From a virus: 64,000 bases of DNA. The notes under the pieces are model-generated. The model searched no databases. It had not been told where the DNA came from and was given only the letters and a program-made list of their open reading frames with translations. The translations under genes and the position numbers were made by a program. Shown here piece after piece: positions 59,592-64,000 of the stretch (the first letter of the stretch is position 1; each line of letters begins with the position of its first letter). The stretch lies in the IMG/VR virus record IMGVR_UViG_3300045988_160093; one strand, written 5' to 3'.

Positions 59592-61718
59592 TTAAATAGA
59601 AGCCTCGGTAACACCTTCCCTTTCCTTTACCCTCTTCTGCATAACCTTCCAAGTCGGGCGCTCCATATCATAGAGAGAAACCCACAAGGCAATGGCAGTA
59701 GACATAACGACATCATCATGGTTGTCCCTGCCGACGATATTACCCATAGAACCATCCTCTCTGCGCTCGTAAATCCTCAACTCCTGGTAGCAAGTCTCGT
59801 CAGGCTCGTTCCATAGCTTATCATCAACGGCAGCAATGAGATTGTCGATAATCTGGACCTTGGTCAGTTTGTTGGTCTGGAATCCGAATTTCATCACAAT
59901 CTTGTCAGCGACCTCTTCCGACCCCGTAGAACGCTGATACAAGTTTTCATAGAAGTCAGCTATCTCCTCGATGAGAGTAGCGAAGTGGTCACCCTCGGTA
60001 TTGGAGTTACGCTCCCTGTCGGCAGTGTTGGACTCAATGACAAGCAGGGCATTGTCGTAGAAGTGTGCCAATGCAGCAGCCTTCCAAGCAAGCAAATCAT
60101 GACGGCAGTGTCCCCTCCATCGGGCAACGACCTGCGGGATGCCACCCTTCATTTCCGGCATCAGTCCCTTGCGGTCGATAACCGTCATTACCGTATAGTC
60201 AGAACCTTGGCTCTTGCCACCAATATCCACCGCAACGACATACCTGTTCTTGATGTTCAGAATGTTGTTGTTAGGCAAGTTCCATATCTTCAAGTCTCCA
60301 TCCTCGCAAAAGTCAATCTGAGCTTTAAGATAGAAGCTCTTGCTTTTCTTCATGCCATAAGGCAGACGGATGTCAGCCCTGTAAAGCGGTTCACGCAAGT
60401 ATCTCTCTTTGAGTTCGTCAATAGCGTACTGATCGAAGACAAGGTTACCGCTGTTTCGGAAAGCCTCTACCGGGTCAACGGGAGCCTCCGTCGCCATATA
60501 AGCGTGGTTCTTGAATTTGTTTCTCGTATGCCGATACCAGTTGATAGCCTGAAAGCAAGCCCCCAGTTTCCACATACGCCAGAAGAACCTTCCCGATTCA
60601 CGGAAACCTTTAGGCTTTGCCTGACTATCCTTGTTGACGAGAAGCCATCGTGCAAACTCATACCTGTTATCCACCTTCTCCATATCGTGTTCGATGTGGA
60701 AGAACGGAACAAAGATAAACTTGTAGGCATCGTTGTTGTCGGGATTCATGGCGCTTTGGCATTTGTCGTAGAAGAATCCCGACATACCACGACCTGTAGA
60801 CTCAAAAATCTCAATGTTGTCAGGAATACGCAAGATACTACCCGACACAGAAGACAATACAGCTTCCGGGTCATGCTCGTCAGACTGCTTCCAATAAGCC
60901 ACCTCAGAGTAGTGGGCGCAATGAAAGTTAGAACCGCGAACATTATCATAGTTGTCAAAAGACGCAACCGTGATAGTAGAAGTACGCACAGGCTTTCTTC
61001 CGTCAGTCACAACGAAGTCGTCGGTAGAACCCTCATACGGAGACATCTGCAGCTGTCTTCCAGGCAGACCGATGGTCCATCCTTTCTGCTTCTCGATAGC
61101 CTTGCGGTACATCGCCTTAATCTTCTTTGATGTAGCCTTCACCTGAGAGAGGACAATAGAGTTCCATCCGTCGGGGTGTCTGAAATCCTGCATCCATTTG
61201 ATGTAAAGCTGCGAAAGTGTGGAGCCACCCCATTGCCTCGCCTTCAAGATGATGACAAATATAGGTTGGTTGGATTTTCTCAGAGACTCGAAAAGTGCCA
61301 GCAGTCTGCGTTGAGGATAGTTCAATCTGAACGGAACCATCATACCCGTAGTCTTGTCCTCGATTTTATCGGTGAGATAGAGAGCGAACTCCGGGTCCTC
61401 ACGCATACGAGCCTTACATATTTCAAAAGACACCGCCGTAGATAGTTGTTCAGAATAATCCTTTCCCCACACATCAGTGATATATTTCTGAATAGAACCG
61501 ACGCTGACAACATCTTTCAGTACCCTGTTCAGAAGACACTCCTTCGGTACATACATAAGAGGATAAATCATATCAGGAATCTCTATCCTCACCCTGTTCT
61601 CGAAGTCGTAGCATCCCCTTCCTGTCACAGGGTCATATTCACCGAAGATTTCCTTCATCCTCTCATCATCTTCGGCAATCAGTTCCTCTATTTTCTTCTC
61701 AAGTTCCTCTTCCGTCAT
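59592..61718 (-). CDS. terL: terminase large subunit
   Basis: ILKARQWGGSTL (Walker A-like), HCAHYSEVAYW (Walker B/catalytic Glu), FESTGRG, nuclease-domain YVVAVDIGG...LLVIESN...HDDVVMS; ATG at 61718 preferred over the TTG at 61724. Confidence 0.85.
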   Translation of the reverse strand: MTEEELEKKIEELIAEDDERMKEIFGEYDPVTGRGCYDFENRVRIEIPDMIYPLMYVPKECLLNRVLKDVVSVGSIQKYITDVWGKDYSEQLSTAVSFEICKARMREDPEFALYLTDKIEDKTTGMMVPFRLNYPQRRLLALFESLRKSNQPIFVIILKARQWGGSTLSQLYIKWMQDFRHPDGWNSIVLSQVKATSKKIKAMYRKAIEKQKGWTIGLPGRQLQMSPYEGSTDDFVVTDGRKPVRTSTITVASFDNYDNVRGSNFHCAHYSEVAYWKQSDEHDPEAVLSSVSGSILRIPDNIEIFESTGRGMSGFFYDKCQSAMNPDNNDAYKFIFVPFFHIEHDMEKVDNRYEFARWLLVNKDSQAKPKGFRESGRFFWRMWKLGACFQAINWYRHTRNKFKNHAYMATEAPVDPVEAFRNSGNLVFDQYAIDELKERYLREPLYRADIRLPYGMKKSKSFYLKAQIDFCEDGDLKIWNLPNNNILNIKNRYVVAVDIGGKSQGSDYTVMTVIDRKGLMPEMKGGIPQVVARWRGHCRHDLLAWKAAALAHFYDNALLVIESNTADRERNSNTEGDHFATLIEEIADFYENLYQRSTGSEEVADKIVMKFGFQTNKLTKVQIIDNLIAAVDDKLWNEPDETCYQELRIYERREDGSMGNIVGRDNHDDVVMSTAIALWVSLYDMERPTWKVMQKRVKEREGVTEASI

Positions 61719-61720
61719 AT

Positions 61721-63685
61721 TCAACCTTGTTTAAGCATTTGTTGAGCGTTCTGCACATTCTGCTCAGACATCATCTGCTGCTGCGGCGACATCTGCTGCT
61801 GTTGCATTGCGAGCTGCTGTTGCATAGCCGCCTGAGCCTCGGCAGACTGAACCTGCTGCAAGAGCATATCCTTGAACGGCAGATTGATACACTGTAGATA
61901 CTGAGAGATGTTGATTGCGCCAAGCTGGAGCAACTGCAATGCTGTATCATTAATCTGTGACTGATAAGCGACAGAAGCCGTGCTCTCCTTGATAGAAATC
62001 TTGAACATCACATCACGAGCCGAAAGCCGGTCATATTCAATGATGCTTGTATTATCCTTGTTCATAATCGGTCTTCCGTTGTCGTAATATTGCTTGATGT
62101 TAGACACCTTCTTCTTGGCAAGTTTCTCCGTAAACACCGTCATGTCAGAAAGCAGAGAATAAAGAGAAGTCGTAGCGTTCTGCTGCTCCATCGCATAACG
62201 AGAAAACGAAGTGCCGGCAGAAGGAGTCTTGCCCTGCAAAGCGCCGCTCACATTTGTAATCTCCTTTGTAAGGTTGAGCTGCATCTGCAACAACTCCGTA
62301 GTGCCAATCTGTACTGCATTAGATGTAATAATCTCCGGTCTCGCATTCGGGTTAAGACGGGAAGTCTCATAGAAGATGATGCCGTCATACTCGGTAAATT
62401 CATCCGCAAAATCCTGTGGCGTCATATCGTCAGGAATACAACCCTTTGGGACGATAGTGATACCCTTTGCAGAAGAACGAGCCGCCATATCGTGCATTAC
62501 AATAAGACGATTGATATACCTCTGCTGATCGATGATGTTAGACATGAACGGATGCACCTCACCATTAACGAACGGGTAAAGTTTAAGCGTGAACGGATGC
62601 GCATTGTATTCATAGGGACATTCACCTTCACATAAGATAGTTCCGTCGGGAGCAAGAAAAGAGTAATACCAGAACACATCTTCAATCGGGCTTGTCGTTA
62701 TGTAAGCCCTCTGTTCCTTCGGTACACCCACCTTGTCATAAGCCTCCTTCCTCTTTCTGTTAATCTCCTTTATACGGGGAAGGTCTTTCAATTCAATCCT
62801 GAACCTTGCATCGTCAGCGTTCCCTGCTATAGGGTCTTCACACTGTAATCTCTGTTTGGACTCCTTTGTCCACACCTCGATAACCCTGCGGCAACTCCTG
62901 TCGGCAGACGAAAAGAAATTGATATTGGAGAGATTTCCGCCGTCATTCTGCTGCAAGTCAGAAGTCTCGTCATAGCAGTCACCCATATTGAAAATGCGGT
63001 CGATGTCCTCAATCGTCCATCCCAATTCAGGTTTTGCGAATTTTGAATACAATTCAGGGCGAGAGCAGTCATGAAGGAGACCAATGGTAGTAACGTCCTG
63101 GTGACGGGGATCAGTGCCCCCATCCCAGAACGCCATGTTCGGGTTACAATAGTCCGTCCATGTATCATAGACTCCATCACGCTCCTCGTAACATTCCCGA
63201 CAAAGAGCGACGCCGCCAGTGAGATAATCCCGGAAAACGGTAGAGAGTACATCCGGCATGAAGGTGTCCTGCCAGTTAGCCTGCAGTGTAGCCGACATCA
63301 TATCCGAAAGCCATTGGGAATCATGGGTACGAGCAAAGCAGACAGGTTCGGTAGCCTGTTTTTCATACATACCAGCAAGAGTGGAGAAGACAGAAATCAT
63401 GATATTGTTCGTAAGAGGGACATTACCCTTCTTTTTCAGATACTCCCTTTCTGTGATATATCCACATTTGTAGTAAATCACATCACCCCATTGGTCACCG
63501 AAAGTATAATTGTTTGTCCTTTCCCTGACCTCTCTGAGTTTTCTCTTGTTCTCCCAAAGTTGGTTGCAACGTGCGACAAGGTTGTAATCCCTCTTGCCGC
63601 AGGAAACGGTCCGCTTCCTTCGAATAGACGTTGCCTTGCCCTTGTCGGACACATCATTAAGAGTATATAAACGTTTAAGTGGCAT
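61721..63685 (-). CDS. portal protein candidate
   Basis: About 654 aa directly upstream of terL with a Q-rich C-terminus; ATG at 63685 preferred over the GTG at 63703; -7 box TATTTTTG on the minus strand at 63703-63710. Confidence 0.6.
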   Translation of the reverse strand: MPLKRLYTLNDVSDKGKATSIRRKRTVSCGKRDYNLVARCNQLWENKRKLREVRERTNNYTFGDQWGDVIYYKCGYITEREYLKKKGNVPLTNNIMISVFSTLAGMYEKQATEPVCFARTHDSQWLSDMMSATLQANWQDTFMPDVLSTVFRDYLTGGVALCRECYEERDGVYDTWTDYCNPNMAFWDGGTDPRHQDVTTIGLLHDCSRPELYSKFAKPELGWTIEDIDRIFNMGDCYDETSDLQQNDGGNLSNINFFSSADRSCRRVIEVWTKESKQRLQCEDPIAGNADDARFRIELKDLPRIKEINRKRKEAYDKVGVPKEQRAYITTSPIEDVFWYYSFLAPDGTILCEGECPYEYNAHPFTLKLYPFVNGEVHPFMSNIIDQQRYINRLIVMHDMAARSSAKGITIVPKGCIPDDMTPQDFADEFTEYDGIIFYETSRLNPNARPEIITSNAVQIGTTELLQMQLNLTKEITNVSGALQGKTPSAGTSFSRYAMEQQNATTSLYSLLSDMTVFTEKLAKKKVSNIKQYYDNGRPIMNKDNTSIIEYDRLSARDVMFKISIKESTASVAYQSQINDTALQLLQLGAINISQYLQCINLPFKDMLLQQVQSAEAQAAMQQQLAMQQQQMSPQQQMMSEQNVQNAQQMLKQG

Positions 63686-63839
63686 ACGAAAAACTTTTTT
63701 CACAAAAATACAAATATGCGGATTGTGTTTTTCCGAACCCGCACATCGTCAGCGGTGTGAACGAGAACCAAGGAGAAAAATAATCAAGACATATCATAGC
63801 AGTTTCGGCGAGAACGGAAATAACGGGTAGTAAAAGACT

Positions 63840-63847
63840 TATTTTTG
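63840..63847 (+). promoter_or_regulatory. -7 box TATTTTTG for the rightward late gene
   Basis: Same CTTATTTTTGC context as 2728-2738; ATG at 63871. Confidence 0.45.
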
Positions 63848-63870
63848 CGGTATAAACAATCCAATGAACT

Positions 63871-64000
63871 ATGAGCGCTAAGGATAACAAAGAAGAAATA
63901 ATCGAGGAGCAGCAGGTGCAAGAACCAGCACCAGAGCCTACCCCAAACAGGGACGCCTACAAAGCCTCCTTTGGAGAAGACTATCCCGATGTGGACTTTG
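63871..64000 (+). CDS. 5' end of an acidic protein (scaffold-like?), truncated by the window end
   Basis: MSAKDNKEEIIEEQQVQEPAPEPTPNRDAYKASFGEDYPDVDF; divergent from the portal gene. Confidence 0.4.
   Translation, partial: MSAKDNKEEIIEEQQVQEPAPEPTPNRDAYKASFGEDYPDVDF

Noticed and set aside
1-64000. Stop-codon reassignment (suggested by the tRNA-like genes and the in-frame sequence after the TAA at 9902)
   Set aside because: Long genes (4950, 877, 708, 663, 654 aa) are intact in the standard code, and none of the tRNA-like genes shows a clear suppressor anticodon.

Overview
This window reads as one contiguous piece of a temperate tailed phage of a Bacteroidota host, in excised or virion form because no host flanks are visible. 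Bacteroides-type promoters (TTTG, 19-21 nt spacer, TAnnTTTG) recur throughout, which supports the host assignment. Layout: (1) 1-8.6 kb (+) is a late block with a holin/amidase lysis pair, interrupted by two accessory cassettes bracketed by the same inverted repeat (a HigBA-like TA pair and an HTH-P63C gene). (2) 37.5 to 8.6 kb (-) is a long early/middle operon of many small genes, including MazG, YopX, a hexapeptide beta-helix protein, and a recombination set (SSB-like, NinB-like, MBL, RecT, SMC-like ATPase, NinG). It also holds three tRNA-like genes, a structured non-coding stretch, Xis-like, KilA-N and Cro-like genes, and a PcfM/PcfK/PcfJ-like set. (3) 26-31 kb is the lysogeny module: divergent switch with palindromic operators, CI-like repressor, four small membrane proteins, an attP-like region and a tyrosine integrase. 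(4) 37.8-39 kb holds three paralogous HTH/CxxC regulators with a duplicated divergent promoter cassette, followed by a ~1-kb non-coding region with a GC-rich core. (5) 40-57.2 kb (+) is a three-gene module ending in a 4950-aa polyvalent protein carrying helicase, N6-adenine MTase, zincin, kinase-like and nuclease-like motifs. (6) 63.7 to 57.3 kb (-) holds portal, large terminase and head-associated genes, including a minimal rhomboid-like protease. The most unusual items are the giant polyvalent protein, an opposite-strand promoter-to-terminator unit at 15.6 kb built around a 33-38 bp long-range inverted repeat, the non-canonical tRNA-like cluster, the phage rhomboid, and the IR-bracketed cassettes. 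All calls come from reading the sequence by eye. No searches or folding programs were run.
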